From: Neodothiora populina
Lineage: Eukaryota
Assembly: GCF_041146345.1 (NCBI RefSeq)
Contig: NW_027191408.1
Span: 186,001 to 250,000 of the forward strand
DNA length: 64,000 nucleotides
Direction: 5' to 3'
Part shown: positions 35,888 through 49,459 of the stretch, in pieces
Position numbering within the stretch: position 1 is the first letter of the stretch
How the letters are laid out: each line of letters opens with the position of its first letter
The notes under the pieces: model-generated
Seen by the model: only the letters and a program-made list of their open reading frames with translations
Told to the model about the DNA's origin: nothing
Database searches by the model: none
Made by a program: the position numbers and the translations under genes

Positions 35888-37081
35888 TCACGAATGCGCC
35901 TCCTCCCAATTCGCAGGCAGTTGAAAGTCCGGCGGCAGGGTGTACTGCCCAAAACACTGCTCGGGACTCACGCCGCACCCCTCGAGTCCACACCGGCCGT
36001 ACAAGCGACAATAACACTCGTCGGCGCGGGGACAAGCCTGCTGGTTCAGACGCGCGAGGTTCATGTTTCCCGACCCGTCTGTCTCGGGCCGCATGAACAG
36101 GATGTGCCAGAGATAGGACAGGATGCGGCCCGCGACGCGGTCGTCGCTCGGTGCTGCCGCTGCGGAGGCGTAACTCGTGCGGCCCTGGCGAGGGGTCGGA
36201 GGATTGGTTTCGTCGTCGCTGTCGCTGTCGCTGCTGTCTAACAGCCATTGCCGCAACGCGACGTATTCGTCTCGCGAGTGCCGCCAGATGTTCTCGCGCG
36301 CGACGACAAACTGGGCGCAACACTGGGACTTTACGGGGTCGCTGCGTCCGAGCAGCACGTCTCGACGGCGTGGCGAGTCTGACTCTTCGCCGCCGAATAG
36401 GTCGGCTAGGGCGCGTGGCAAGGCTTTGTCTGATACCGTTCGCGCGTCCCACGGCTGCATGACTGCGTTCATGGACGTTTCTAGACTTCCTTGGGCCGGG
36501 CCGTAGGATGCTGAACACGTACTCGCGCTCCAGTCGCAGCGGAGGTTGTGGTAGCCGTAGGGCTCGAGGGCAGACTCGACCCTGAGAGCTGCGAGCAGGG
36601 CTGCGTTGTCGTATTCTGGGGAGTCATTGTGCCATGCCCAACGCGAGCCGTGGACGAAGACGGCGCCTGAGGCGGGAATGGCAGCGTAGTTGTCGATTAT
36701 AAATGTTAGATATGCCATTGCCTCATGCCCTCGGTTCGCGGGGACTTGGAGATATGTTGATTTGGTGTCCTTTGGTGCATCCACAGCATAGATGCATAAA
36801 TGATACTTTGAGGACAATGTTTTGAGCCATTTGGAATCTCCATCAGCCGACACTCGTGATACTATCAGTGCTGGCTTGGTGTTTTTCTCCAGGCCGGGAC
36901 ATACGCCGCGTGCCTCAGGGAGCGTTGCGGCACTGGTCTTGTAGTGTATCTCGGTCCATTTGAAGACCTTGCCGTTAGACTGTGAACCTCCTAGGTAGAT
37001 GATCAAAAATAATACGCTCCCGAATATTGCGGCGTGGAAAAGATGTTTCCTTGTCCTTCGCCGCATGTTAGACGCTAGCAA
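35888..37081 (-). CDS. DUF3431 family membrane-anchored protein
   Basis: N-terminal TM anchor; GHEAMAYLTFIIDNY, FVHGSRWAWHND, CCAQFVV and GRILSYLWHILF motifs. Confidence 0.85.
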   Translation of the reverse strand: MLASNMRRRTRKHLFHAAIFGSVLFLIIYLGGSQSNGKVFKWTEIHYKTSAATLPEARGVCPGLEKNTKPALIVSRVSADGDSKWLKTLSSKYHLCIYAVDAPKDTKSTYLQVPANRGHEAMAYLTFIIDNYAAIPASGAVFVHGSRWAWHNDSPEYDNAALLAALRVESALEPYGYHNLRCDWSASTCSASYGPAQGSLETSMNAVMQPWDARTVSDKALPRALADLFGGEESDSPRRRDVLLGRSDPVKSQCCAQFVVARENIWRHSRDEYVALRQWLLDSSDSDSDDETNPPTPRQGRTSYASAAAAPSDDRVAGRILSYLWHILFMRPETDGSGNMNLARLNQQACPRADECYCRLYGRCGLEGCGVSPEQCFGQYTLPPDFQLPANWEEAHS

Positions 37082-38427
37082 TTATGTGTTGGCTCTATTG
37101 CATGTCGTCTGGAGCTTTGCTGGCGGGACCCGCTGATGTTCACCATAGCGAGAACACAAACACCGACCAAGCACGTCACGTGGCTCTAGTGACCATTATT
37201 TTTGTTATCTTAATGAAAACATGCAGCAAGCTAATATCAAGTATGTCAGATGGCCCAATACCTGCTGACGATGCTTTTAAAGTCATCATGTCACAAGTTG
37301 TTTGCCGGGTTGGAAAAATTGGGTTCGCGAATAAAGGCGTTCGCCTGGAACATTGCGAATCGTCGATAGTGCCTGAGGTGGTCTTAAGCGATACAAGTAT
37401 GGCAGGAGCATAAAACACTTGTAGAGTGCACATACCCACCTTTCAGCCATCAAATGCCTCAATCTTAGCTGGCTGTTTAGTGGGGAATGAGATAAGCGTC
37501 GTCCCCGTCTGTCGCAGTGGAGAGGTGCGTGCTTCGATGCATTGCGTGTACTGTAGATGAGGTATACAAGCCGCACATCCTACAGGACCTGAGAACTCTT
37601 TTGGCAATATATAACAACTTTTGAGCCTCACAGAGAGACTGTGCAGTTCGTTCGTGCCTGTTACCAACGATCGTTATGGTGAAATGCAACCGAAGCTTGG
37701 CGAAAAGATTAAGTGGAGATGGGCTCCGGCCCCACGAACCAGCAGATGGATCATGATGGCGATCGCTGTCGAGCAATCTGTTGTGCCCACGGGGCATGGC
37801 GGGCGGGTTGACACACTGACACACTTTACACAAGTATGCCCACTGTGTGCATTACAGCATCCGCAATGCGGTCTGGTCGTCCCAATGATGTAGTTAATCT
37901 CTCTGACACCGAATTGTCCTTGTCGGGCTCAATTGGCATCGGCCTTTCCCTTCTCGAATGTAATTCTTTCCCCATCCGCGATGATAGGCAGCCTACATGG
38001 CCCATGTTCAAATATATGAAATCGGTTGAGAAGTGGTAGTGCTGGCCATCGTTCAGCGGGCGTGCCTGCCCGCATAGGCAATCGGACTAAGGCACGGAAT
38101 GACGAAGGTGGTGCCTTCCTAACCCCAGCCCGGAGCCCCATCAATCAATCTTTCTCTCAAGCTCTACAAGGCGCTTCTTGTTCTTGTTTTTCCCAGCTTC
38201 GTTCCGTCTGCATTAACCCCGGCTTGTGCTACATATCCTTTTTCCAAATTCTAGCTTTCTATTCGTCTGTCTGTTGTTTGGGTGTTGTTGCTTAACCTTT
38301 TGACTGCATTCGCATCTTTACTTTTGTGACTGTCTGAGCTAGCCTTCCGCCAACGCTCCACTTGCAGACTACATTCGCATTCGTTACATTACTCCCAACC
38401 CGCAGTTCATACTGCTGACCGCCCATC

Positions 38428-41400
38428 ATGGTTCTCATTGATGGCTCCGAATATCTCACTGAGGAGGAACAGCGTCTTAAGGAAGATCGCGAGCGAACCA
38501 AGTACTGGAAGAAATGGGGACCTTATGTTGCTGAGCGACAGTGGGCTACTGGTATGTACCGTTGGATCCTCATGATTGAAATACAGAGCTGACATGTGAA
38601 CAGTGAGAGAGGACTACTCGTATGTTGAATAGCCAATGCTGAAGAACCGTATCATGCTAACAGTGACAGCGACAACGGAGATGCATGGAGCCGTATGTAT
38701 ACCGCTTGATTCATTGTGAGCCACAGTCTAATGTCGTGCACAGATTTCTCACATGAGATGTCCCGCAGTCGAGCCTACAGATGGGGTGAAGATGGTATCG
38801 CCGGTGTTTCAGACACGCATAGTTTGATGAACATCGCCTTTGCTTTCTGGAACGAGAAGGAGTAAGCACGAGTCGTTTCTGTCTGCGTCCGTAATCCTAC
38901 TTACAATAGCCTTACAGTGATTACCTCAAGGAGCGTCTTTTTGGTCTCTCAAATCCCCAGGGAGTCCACGGAGAGAGCATCAAGGAGTGCCATTTCCATC
39001 TCGACAACACTCCATCGGTATGTCGTGCTTGACTCTGCACGTGTCTTCATCTCTTCTCTGCTAATTATCGAACAGCACTCGTACATGAAGTTCCTCTACA
39101 AGTACCCTCAAGAGAAGTTTCCCTACGAAGACCTCGTCGAGGAGAACGGCAAGCGTTCAAAGCAAGAGCGGGAGTACAACCTTCTTGACACAGGCATCTT
39201 CAAGGATAACAAATACTGGGACATTTTTATCGAGACCGCCAAAGAGTCTGATGACCCGGATGAGCTCCTGTTCCGTGTGACTGCATACAACCGCGGACCC
39301 GAGGCGGCAAAGTTGCACATTATTCCACACGTGTGGTTCAGAAACACTTGGGCTTGGGGACACGACGACACCAAGCCGACTGTCAAGCAAGCTGGTGATT
39401 TTGCCTGCGAGACCAATCACAAGAAGCTCGGCAAACGCTACTTCCAGTGCTCCCCGTCGCCTAATTATGGTGGCCGCGACGAGGACATTCACCCCGAGTT
39501 CATGTTCACCGACAACGACACCGACTTTAAGGGTCTCTGGGGTACCGAGAATAAGACCGAATATGTGAAGAACGCCTTCCACAAGTACATCTGCGACGGC
39601 GACAAGAAGGCCATTAACCCCAAGAAGACCGGAACCAAGAGCGCTGCCTGGTATGCCTTCAACCAAGGCGAGGGTGTTCCTCCTGGTGAGTGCGCCGTTG
39701 TCCGTTTCAGAATTTCGAAGAAGCAGGTTGAGGGATACCTTGACGAGGAACTCTTCGATGATGTTATCGACCAGCGTCTTGCCGAAGCAGATGAGTTCTA
39801 CTGGAGAATAAGCCCCATGCCCATGGCAGACGACCTTCGCAACATTCAGCGTCAGGCTCTATCTGGCATGCTTTGGTGCAAACAATACTACCACTTCATC
39901 TGGGATCAGTGGGCCAACGGAGACCCTGGCCAACCGCCTCCACCTGCCTCGAGAAAGAATATCCGCAATCAACACTGGAAGCACATGTATCTCGACGACA
40001 TCTTGTCCATGCCGGACTCGTGGGAATATCCATTCTTCGCAGCGTGGGATAGTGCCTTTCACTGCCTTCCGTTGGCAATGGTAGACCCCGAGTTCGCCAA
40101 GAAACAGTTGGACCTCTTCACTCGCGAGTGGTACATGCATCCCAATGGACAACTACCAGCATACGAGTGGAACTTCGGCGATGTCAACCCTCCTGTACAT
40201 GCTTGGGCAACATTCAGAACATTCAAGATTGAGCGCAAGATGTACGGAAGGGAGGATCTTGACTTCCTCGAGCGTGTCTTCCAGAAGCTGCTCCTCAACT
40301 TCACCTGGTGGGTCAACCGAAAGGATGCAGACGGAAAGAACGTGTTCGAGGGTGGATTCCTTGGACTGGACAACATTGGTCTTTTCAACCGATCAGACCC
40401 ACTCCCCACGGGCGGAGTCTTGGAGCAAGCCGACAGTACTGGCTGGATGGGCTTCTACTGTCTCTGTATGCTCAACATTGCTTTGGAACTTGCCAAGCAT
40501 CGTAGAACGTACGAGGACATTGCTTCGAAGTTTTTCGAGCACTTCATCCTGATCTCTGACGCGATGCAATACCGATCCGGTGATGAAGCCGAATCACTGT
40601 GGAATGAGAAGGATGGTTTCTACTATGACGCTATTTCCTGGGGCGGACCTTATACTCAGCAAATGCCTGTTCGCTCTCTGGTTGGTCTGATCCCCTTGTA
40701 TGCCACTTTGACCCTTGAGCCGCAGGTCATCGACAGATTCCCGCAGTTCAAGAAGCGTCTGCAGTGGTTCATTGACCACCGTCCCGACGTTATGGAACGC
40801 AACACGGCCAGTATGAAGCGTCGCGGCAAGGAGGATCGTCTCCTACTCTCCCTGGTGAGCGAGGACAGACTCAAGCGTATTCTCGAGCGTATGCTCAGTG
40901 AGGATGAGTTCCTCTCCGCTGGTGGTATCCGCTCGCTCTCCAAATACCACGAGAAGCACCCCTACTCAATGAACGTCAACGGCCAGGAGTTCTCGGTCGG
41001 CTACGTCCCAGGCGACTCCGACAGTGGTCTTTTCGGTGGTAACAGTAATTGGCGTGGACCCGTGTGGATTGCCGTCAACTTCCTCCTTGTCGAGTCCCTG
41101 CTTCGATTCTACATGTTCTACGGTAACACGGTGCAAGTCGAGTGCCCTGTTGGATCAGGCGACTACATGCATCTCGGTCATGTCGCCGAGGAACTCCAGC
41201 ATCGTCTGCAACATCTCATGGCACGTGGCGAGAACGGCCGACGTGCTATCAACGACGGCAACGACATGCTCGACTACGACCCTAACTGGAAAGACTACCT
41301 GTGGTTCTACGAATTCTTCGATGGCGACAGTGGCAGAGGTCTTGGTGCTAGTCATCAGTGTGGATGGACAGGTCTTGTCGCCAAGATGATCCACGATACA

Positions 41401-41842
41401 GGGTAAGTTCATGCGCGTCTGTGTTTTGAATCTGGTCAGCTAACAAACTGCTTTTAGTGTCAACTGCCGTCTCCCGCAAACACCGCGCACCCCAACTGCT
41501 GCTGCGTCTCATTATTTCGACGATGTCTTCACGCGGCAACGCAGGAACTCGCTCTCCAAGAAGCCAAGCGCACTCCGCAGATCATCAACCAGCAGATCCA
41601 TGGGCGCTCGCAGTGACTGGCAGTCAGCTCCACCTTCAGATAATGCTGAAGATGATGACGAAGCCGACGATGGCAAGTCCGGTCCATCGCGCACGTGGAC
41701 CATTTACAAAGACGGCGAGAAGCCCAATGGCAACAAGGACAAAGAGGCGGCGGATGAGCACGTGCACAAGTACGTGCAGGATCAACTCAAACGTCTCATG
41801 GGACCCGATGGCCCCGTCCAGTACGAGGACGAGATTGAGTAA
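38428..41842 (+). CDS. GH63/MGH1-like glycoside hydrolase (yeast YMR196W-like), 7 exons
   Basis: [75 protein letters not shown] and [12 protein letters not shown] motifs; six canonical introns. Confidence 0.92.
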
Positions 41843-42075
41843 GCGGCAGCTGGCAGACCTGCTGTATGTATGATATGGAGCCTCGCATGCATGGGACGGC
41901 GTGGCGGACCATGCGATGGACCGGATCAGAGGAAGCAGCGTCCAGCAGTCACGGCCTTCCTATAAAAACATCCTAAAATATACACCTCTAACGTTAAAAT
42001 CTATGCCCAAGCTACAGTAGAATATTAATCGGTGAATATTACCGTTCTAGGAGGTTCTAGGATTGACATGTGAAA

Positions 42076-42143
42076 CCGGGGGTGTGGAGTATCCCCGACT
42101 CAGCCCCACTCCAATGCCCCGGAGTTGATCACCACGTCTCCGG
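42076..42143. promoter_or_regulatory. Cluster of SYGGRG (CreA/Mig1-type) motifs
   Basis: Six matches on both strands within 68 bp, ~430 bp upstream of the lipase ATG. Confidence 0.45.
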
Positions 42144-42569
42144 ACCTTGGCTCAGCCCTACCGTACAGTACCTGTGTGCTTGCAGCTGATGCTCGTCTCG
42201 CACTCTATCTTGCCTTCCAAGTGTGTTGTATAAGGGTCCTGTCGTTGTCACATGAAAGACCGGTTCGGACCTTGAACGGCGAGTCTACGTCGGTAAGTCG
42301 ACCTGAGTTTCGACTCATGACCTGCTCCTTTCCATTACTACATCATAGTACCCTGTAGACTCGAACCCTCTTCCCTTCCTTTCTTTGTCCGTTCCATTCT
42401 GTCAAGACACTCCCTTGCTTCGTCCAGTGATCTGTGCTCCTTAGCAGGTATAACCGTCTGTTTGCTTCCGTCCTGCGATGCTGTGATTCTCGGTTTGTAT
42501 CCATCAGCCCAGATTGTGTGTTCTTCTAGCGGGCATGATTGTGATATCCTTTCGCCCCAGACAGCCAAA

Positions 42570-44839
42570 ATGATAGGTAGGTGGACTGGATGGATGGACA
42601 GAGTTACCGTGGGTTGACTGACCGCTGCACTCAGATCATGTATTAGGCAGACCGTCTGTCAAATTCCGCAAGATCCAGGTCTTTGCAGTGGTATCCTTTT
42701 GGTCGTTATATCTCTACAGGTATGGTAGATCCAGTCTCATTCAATACATCTCTCTGATCATAGCACAGAGGTAATCCTCATGGACCACCGTTCTTACGGC
42801 GTATCTCCCGCCTTGTATCGTCTCGTCTGAGCGCATGGCAAACTGTCGTGCTCACGTTGACATATCTATATATTTCCCGCAACTTCAGCAAACTCGTAGG
42901 CCTCGAATGTCCAGAACCACTTTCGAACCTATACACTCGTTCCTACTTTCGAGCAACGTGGGTCACCACTGCGCTGGATGCAGGTTTCTGGACGGCGATG
43001 CGGCTGCGGCCAGAATGGCTCAAGAACATCGCTAGTATTGTCTTCACCATATACTACCTTGTGTGTGCTGAGCAAGCCGACGAGAAGGTTCGCAAGATCC
43101 GGGGAGGCCTTACCCTCGAGCATCTGAGGATCAGCTGGAACAAGCCTACGACACCATACATAAGCTTCTTCACCAAGCTCCTGAGACCGAGGCTCACACG
43201 ATATCCTCCTCGCGCGATTCGTATTCCGCGACCCAAAGAGAGCAGCTACACCGAGCCCGTCGAGGCCTGGTTGTATTTTGACGGTCCAATCAGCGCCCTC
43301 AAGAAACATGACAAGGTCGTCCTGGATATTCCGGGCGGTGGCTTCGTGGCCATGGACCCAAGAGGTCATGAAGACAAGCTGCTTGCCTGGGCTGGGCGCA
43401 CGGGTGTGCCTATCCTGGCATTGGACTATAAGAAGGCACCCGAACATCCTTATCCACATGCATTGAACGAATGCTACGATGTCTACCATACTCTTGTTGC
43501 TACAAAGGGACGTTGTATCGGGTTATCGGGAGAGGTAGATCCAAAGATTGTTGTTAGTGGAGACAGCGCAGGGGGCAATCTTGCGGTCGGTCTGGTACTC
43601 ATGATACTACAAACCGGGAGCACAGAAGGGCGTCGCTGGAGAGGAGAAGTTTCCCTTCCAGTTCCCGAGGGAGTTGTTCTTGTCTATCCTGCCTTGGACA
43701 TGAACATTGGAAACTGGATGACCGACGAACAGATGGCCCTGATCAGGGATCGAAAGATGCGCAAGACCAATCAGGGTGTCCTTAGCAGGAAGAGTGATGA
43801 TTACAAGAAGCTGACACCAAACACTCCCCACGCATCCGACGACGAGGAGGACGATCCGAGTCCTCCGAAGCAAGCACGTCAGAGCGCCATAGAGGGCAGT
43901 GTCAAGGGTGCAAAGACAGTCAAGTCTCCAAAAGACGAAGTGCACACCGGTGCTGCGCATACGATCGACACGTCGAAGGCGATGACGTCTCAGACACAGG
44001 CAACGCAGCTGAAAACGCGGTTGGCCATGTCGTCCATGATCTCGTACTTCAACGATCGTATCCTCAGCCCCGAGATGATGCGGGCTATGATTATCCTCTA
44101 CATTGGTCCTCATTCTCGTCCGGACTTCTCGACAGACTATCTGCTCTCACCACTACTGGCACCTGAGGCACTTCTGGTTCGATTCCCCAAGACTTACATG
44201 TTGACTGGCGAGCGCGATCCTCTAGTGGACGATACAGTGATATTCGCCGGTCGCATACGTCAAGCCAAAGCTGCTCTCTGGCGTGAAAGAAAGGAGCTGG
44301 GTCTAGTACGAGAAAAGCGAGAATTCATCGAGACTGATCACGTCAACGTTGTCTTGATCCCAGGTATCTCACATGGCTTTCTTCAATTTGTCAGTGTGTT
44401 CCCTGAGGGTTGGAAATACATATTCCGCTGCGCCAAATGGATGAGGGAGATCTTCAACGAGGCAGACTTGCGTGAAGAAGAGGCTGAACGATTAGCCGAC
44501 GAGACAGCCGCACACGAAGAAAGCGACTATTTCGGTGCTGGGTTGAGAAGCGGCCTCAATAACCTCAGACATCATCGCCGAATGTTTACAGAGAGCTCTG
44601 GGGACGAAGGCGATCGACCTCTTGAGATGAGTGGCATCACGGCTCGCATAAGTCCAAGGAAAGGATCTCCGCGGTCCGTAGCAAAGAAGATGAGAAGCGC
44701 CAGGGACGTAGACCGTCCACTAGCTCAGAGGAACAAGAGTCTAGTGAGTCTAGCGAGTGAGGACGATCTGCTTGGGCGAAGGATGAAGGGACTGACCGGG
44801 GCCTTGATGGGTGGAGATGATACTCCTGCAACCCCGTAA
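42570..44839 (+). CDS. Hormone-sensitive-lipase family alpha/beta hydrolase
   Basis: MIDHVLGRPSVKFRKIQV after introns ~42577-42634 and ~42720-42768; PGGGF oxyanion motif, GDSAGG nucleophile, GERDPL Asp and SHGF His. Confidence 0.92.
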
Positions 44840-46986
44840 TGGCGCTTGTGAGCTCTCCAGACCTTGTGCACCTTTATCGTCACTGGAGCCTAGATTAGAC
44901 CATTCACCTAAGCGCTAGACTTTTAGTACTTCACCTCATTCCAAATGGTTCCTCTCGATGTTTCCACACGAGCATCAAAGTGTCAGCGTCAACTGAAAGA
45001 AGATCTCCCCTGAGATGCGGACTGACGTAACGTGTATGCATATAGTCTCAAAGCAGGAACATCCATCTCCATGTCCGTTCACGCGCCCTGAGTCGAAACC
45101 TCTCCCGATCGACCCTGATGGGTTCAGAACCTTAAAATCTTGTCATCATCGTCAATCATCGAACAATTCTGGGTAAGTCCTACTTGCCACGCCGTCTGGT
45201 GCCGCAAACAAGTTGGATTGAAACATCAGCTCCCGCAAGCACCTGATCTGGAACCGAGTGACTCACATTTTCAACAATCAGGTACCAGTGCGACAGCAAG
45301 CAAGCTCGATTAAGAAGATATGATGGGACTACAGCTCATTTACCCTTCATGTTTCTTTCCCCTTTCCGTGTCCCATGATCGCTACAAGGCGCCAAGTGAG
45401 CTCAAGATCATGTTCCATCCTGACGATGTCCAACTACAATCTGCGCTGGATCTGCTTCAGAGAAGGACACATGACCACTTGAGACTCGTGAAACTCGCAC
45501 CCGAGACGTGCTTGAAGTTGAGTCGGTGAGCGCTGGACACGCAAACGCCGTAACTCCCTGATCTTGAGATGTGTCGAATCATCATGGCTTGATCATATAG
45601 GAAATGTGCAGACGTGAGGATGATGTTTTCCTGCTTTGTACTCGTAATGAAGGCTCGGTAGAGACATGGAACCGCTCGGCGATGAGGCTCTCACAGATCA
45701 TCCGATGCTGGAATTTTACTGCTGCTTCACTTGCGGTCTGAGTAGGACATGCCGTCCGTCTTGGAGATATCCATAGGTGGGATACAAACAACCCTTCCCA
45801 GCCCTCCAATCTCATCAGTATCAGAGTCGCAAGACTTCAATTTCGTGATTGCCCGAGTCTCAGTGTCTGCGCGTCCTTCCCTGGAGAGCTGATTCGAGCT
45901 GTTGTGCTATTGTTGTCTTTATCCACTAAAAATCTTGGAATTGCAGCATCAAACGCAGATGATCTTTCTCTACAATGTGAGCAACAAACAGAAAAGAGGG
46001 AGACCACTCTGCGTCATAAGGTCCCTTGTCATCTCACGACAAAGCAGGGGATATGATCAAGAAGTCCCAGCTTCAGAAATGGTGATTGGCACGGCAGTCG
46101 AATTGCCAACCTTTTCCTCCATCTCTAATGAAAGTCGACTGAAGAAAGTCTGCATCATATGGTTCAGCCGCCTGCCTGCCTGCCTACTTGCGGCACTTGA
46201 GGCTGCCCTGCGTCACGTACACCGCCTCGCCGCAGGAAGATGCAGCGTCGTTGAGTCCCGCCTATCACTTCAAACACAAGTACCGCAGGTGTGAGGATCT
46301 CCGCTACACATCTCTCTTTGTCCCGTCTATTGAACTGAATCTGCAGATCCGTGGGTTACACAGATGGAACCCGATACTGCATAGCATGGTCTTGGCATGG
46401 ATTTACCGTACACCTTGAACTCCCCATGACTACGTGCTTGGACAAATGACAGCGGTAGATTTCCTTTCCATCACTACACAACACGTAGGTGATAGTCTTG
46501 ACCGTCCCATTTACCATGTCTCTGGCGTCGTCCTGCGCCTCGTGTGCGCCAATGCTGTTGCAACGAGTAATCTCCGTTTGCATCCCACGTTTACCCGTTC
46601 TCCCTTGCATTGCTAGCAAAGTCGTTTGGAATGTCTTGGTGGTAAGTTCGGCTCGACCGATTGCAGACAGAGAGCACACACCCACTGGGACAAAGAGGGC
46701 AGCAGTCGGGTCCGCGTTACAGTTTTTCCTCAGAGTGCGTCTGGCTAGGACCAATTGCATACATCCAAGATGAGCCAATGACCCTCACACAAAGAAGCAA
46801 ACTTGGCCAATGGGTAAACTCGCGAACAAAAGGCATAGAAAGATGGCTGCATCCTTGAATAATGGGCCTTCCCACTGCCGCCCTTTGGCCTGCCTTTGTG
46901 CACCCAACCGTTCAAAGGGAGACAACAGACGTCTGTTCCTTTCAACAACAAGAGCCTGTGCATTCCTCAACTTGTCCCTTTGATCA

Positions 46987-49459
46987 ATGTCTGCAATACG
47001 AGTTCCTCTGTCCGAGCCCCGGCTTCCATCTGCTGTCGATACCGCCCATGTCCAACCTCAGATCGTTTTCACTAGACAACTATGGGAAAGAACGATGCCA
47101 ACTACTGACACCGACGATAATACTGGCCCAGATCGTAATCTGTCGAATATAGGTCAAGAACGCAACAGGAGCAGAACTCGCAAACTCCACTCTACCATTC
47201 CACCACCTCTACGCCCTCCACGATCATCACCTACTCACTCGGGCACCTCTGATACGCCACTGACGCCGGAGGAGTCGCCACCATTTCTAAGTAGCCACAA
47301 ACGCAGAGCGGATGTGCTGGAGCAGAACGACTTGATCGAAGACGATTCAGTTCAATCTAGAGATAATTCTGGTGATTCCAATATCAGTCTCTGTCTGTGT
47401 CAACCGGAGCCCAAAGTCCCTAGGCCGAGGAACGGTAAGTGATCACTGGTACTGTGATATGTCGAGCCCTCTGGCTGACGCTCGGGTAGCCTTCATCCTC
47501 TACCGACAGCATCATCAGGCCGCTGAGGTGGCAAAGCATCCTTCGGCAACGAACCCTAATATTTCAAAGATCATCGGTGATAAGTGGTGGGGAGAGACTG
47601 AGAACGAAAGGAACAGGTGGAGGACCTACGCTGAAGTGTGTGCCATCCAACATCTGCATCGTCTTATGGCTACTAACATGACTTGGCAGGAGGAAAAGCT
47701 CCAACATCAGCAAAGATATCCACAGTATCGATATCAACCAAAACGAAGCCGCCGTGGTAGCATTTCCTCTGAGACAGAGACTTCATATTCAGAGCCTCGT
47801 AAGTGTGCCAAGTGTGGTGGTAGAAGCATAATACATCCATCTCCGAGCACATTATCCGCGAGAGACGGCCAGGACAGGGCAGTCAACAGCGCAAGTTCTA
47901 GCCCAATCACTACTTACGTACAGCCGACCATCGGCAAAAACACAATTCACTTACCACCACCCACACCGTCGTCAACAACGACACCATCAACGCGATACTT
48001 GCCGATGCTTGACAATCTGTCCTTGTCGTCGCCCCATCCTCGACGAATGGCGCAAGGACGACCCCCATTTGCTCCGATGCCACGGACGGACGAGAGCAGA
48101 GAGTCTCCACTCACTCCGGACGGTAAACGTAGACGGTTCGAATCTCCACATGGAACCTACGTGATGTCTGCACGGGCGGCGCCCTCTCGCTCGAACGGCG
48201 ACCCTGGGACACCATTTCCTTTTCATCCACAACAACAATCGCCGCAACAAGTCCAGCAGCAGCTGAGCCCGAACAATCATTACACTATCGGTCCTGGCCG
48301 GAGAGAAAGTCTTCCGCCTGCCGCCGAAATACTTCTGGGACCTCCGGGCCACACATCGATGCCTGCAGGGATAATGGGCCCGCCGCCACGACCTGGTGTA
48401 GGTTATTCTCAGCATAGATCAAGTCAGGGACACGGCCGGCCCGCTGGAAGTGATTTGAGCTTGACGTTACCACCTCTGCAAACATCCAGTATACCTCCAG
48501 GGACCGCTGCTGGTAGGGTTGTACAAGGACCAGTCTCGAGCAACCATGCTCCTGAGAGCAGCCGCGAATCTGACAAGAGAAGTCTCTGGGACAAGATCAT
48601 GTCGATCACGTTTCAGCATAAAATTGGAATTCTCAGACGCATCATGCCACCTTTGCCAGTGACTTCAGGGAGAAGGCGTGCAGCAATTATTGCTGTCGAG
48701 GGAGATGATACTGAGGCAGCCTGTCAGCTCACAGACTGGCTTGCGGAAGCTCTAGGCCGAGAGACTGACATGACTGTCAAGATAATCGATGGTCCACGAC
48801 CGGAAAACGTCGCGAAAGACTCCAAATTGACTGCGGAAGATCTGCTCCAGACTGTAATGGAGTGGCATTCGAAGAACAGAGAGATCCTCAAGCTTGTGAC
48901 ATACGAAGATGATGCCAGGAAGGACTCTGCAAGTAGCGTTCGCAGCAAAGATGATGATGGCAGCTCTAGTGTCCGGGAAAAGTCATCAGTCGGCTCCAGC
49001 GAAGTCGATCAGTCCATGATGGACGTCGACAATCGCAGCAATGGCAGTTCAGACTCCTCAAACCTTGTCATCCTTTTCCGTACATACACCCTGACGGCGT
49101 CTAATATCTTCTCATCTGGTATACCCATCAAAGATGTGTACAGGCCAGACGACCATTGGCAATGGACGGCAACGCTCTGGAGGGGGATACTTGGCCCAGA
49201 TCTCACGGTCTACGTCAAGGACACCGATGGCTGGAACCCTGCAAGAAGCGCCGAGGGAGGCATCGGGGGTGTGGAGATTGTGGAGGAGCCCAAGATGAAG
49301 TACAAGTTCATGGCTGTTCGACGAAATACACGAAGCATGGGTGGCGATATCAGCAGGACTGAGAGGAGCTTGTGCGACGGAATCAAGGCCGAGACATTAA
49401 GACGCCTTGGCTTCGAAGTTGGAGAATGGGTCAGAGGTGCCATCACACATAGGAGCTAG
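46987..49459 (+). CDS. HMG-box transcription factor (ROX1/Rfg1-like, not MAT1-2-1)
   Basis: KVPRPRN|AFILYRQHHQ...NPNISKIIGDKW...EEKLQHQQRYPQYRYQP across introns 47435-47489 and ~47636-47689; long Pro/Ser linker and C-terminal alpha/beta domain. Start codon uncertain. Confidence 0.88.

Noticed and set aside
34686..36518. Long overlapping alternative-frame ORFs (324 aa, 254 aa)
   Set aside because: Arg-rich shadow frames produced by high GC codon bias of NFU1 and DUF3431.
44840..46986. Short ORFs upstream of the HMG gene
   Set aside because: No codon bias or domain signal; a long upstream region is normal for a regulatory gene.
46987..49459. HMG gene as mating-type MAT1-2-1
   Set aside because: Too long, with the HMG box N-terminal and a ROX1-like architecture; no APN2/SLA2 neighbours.
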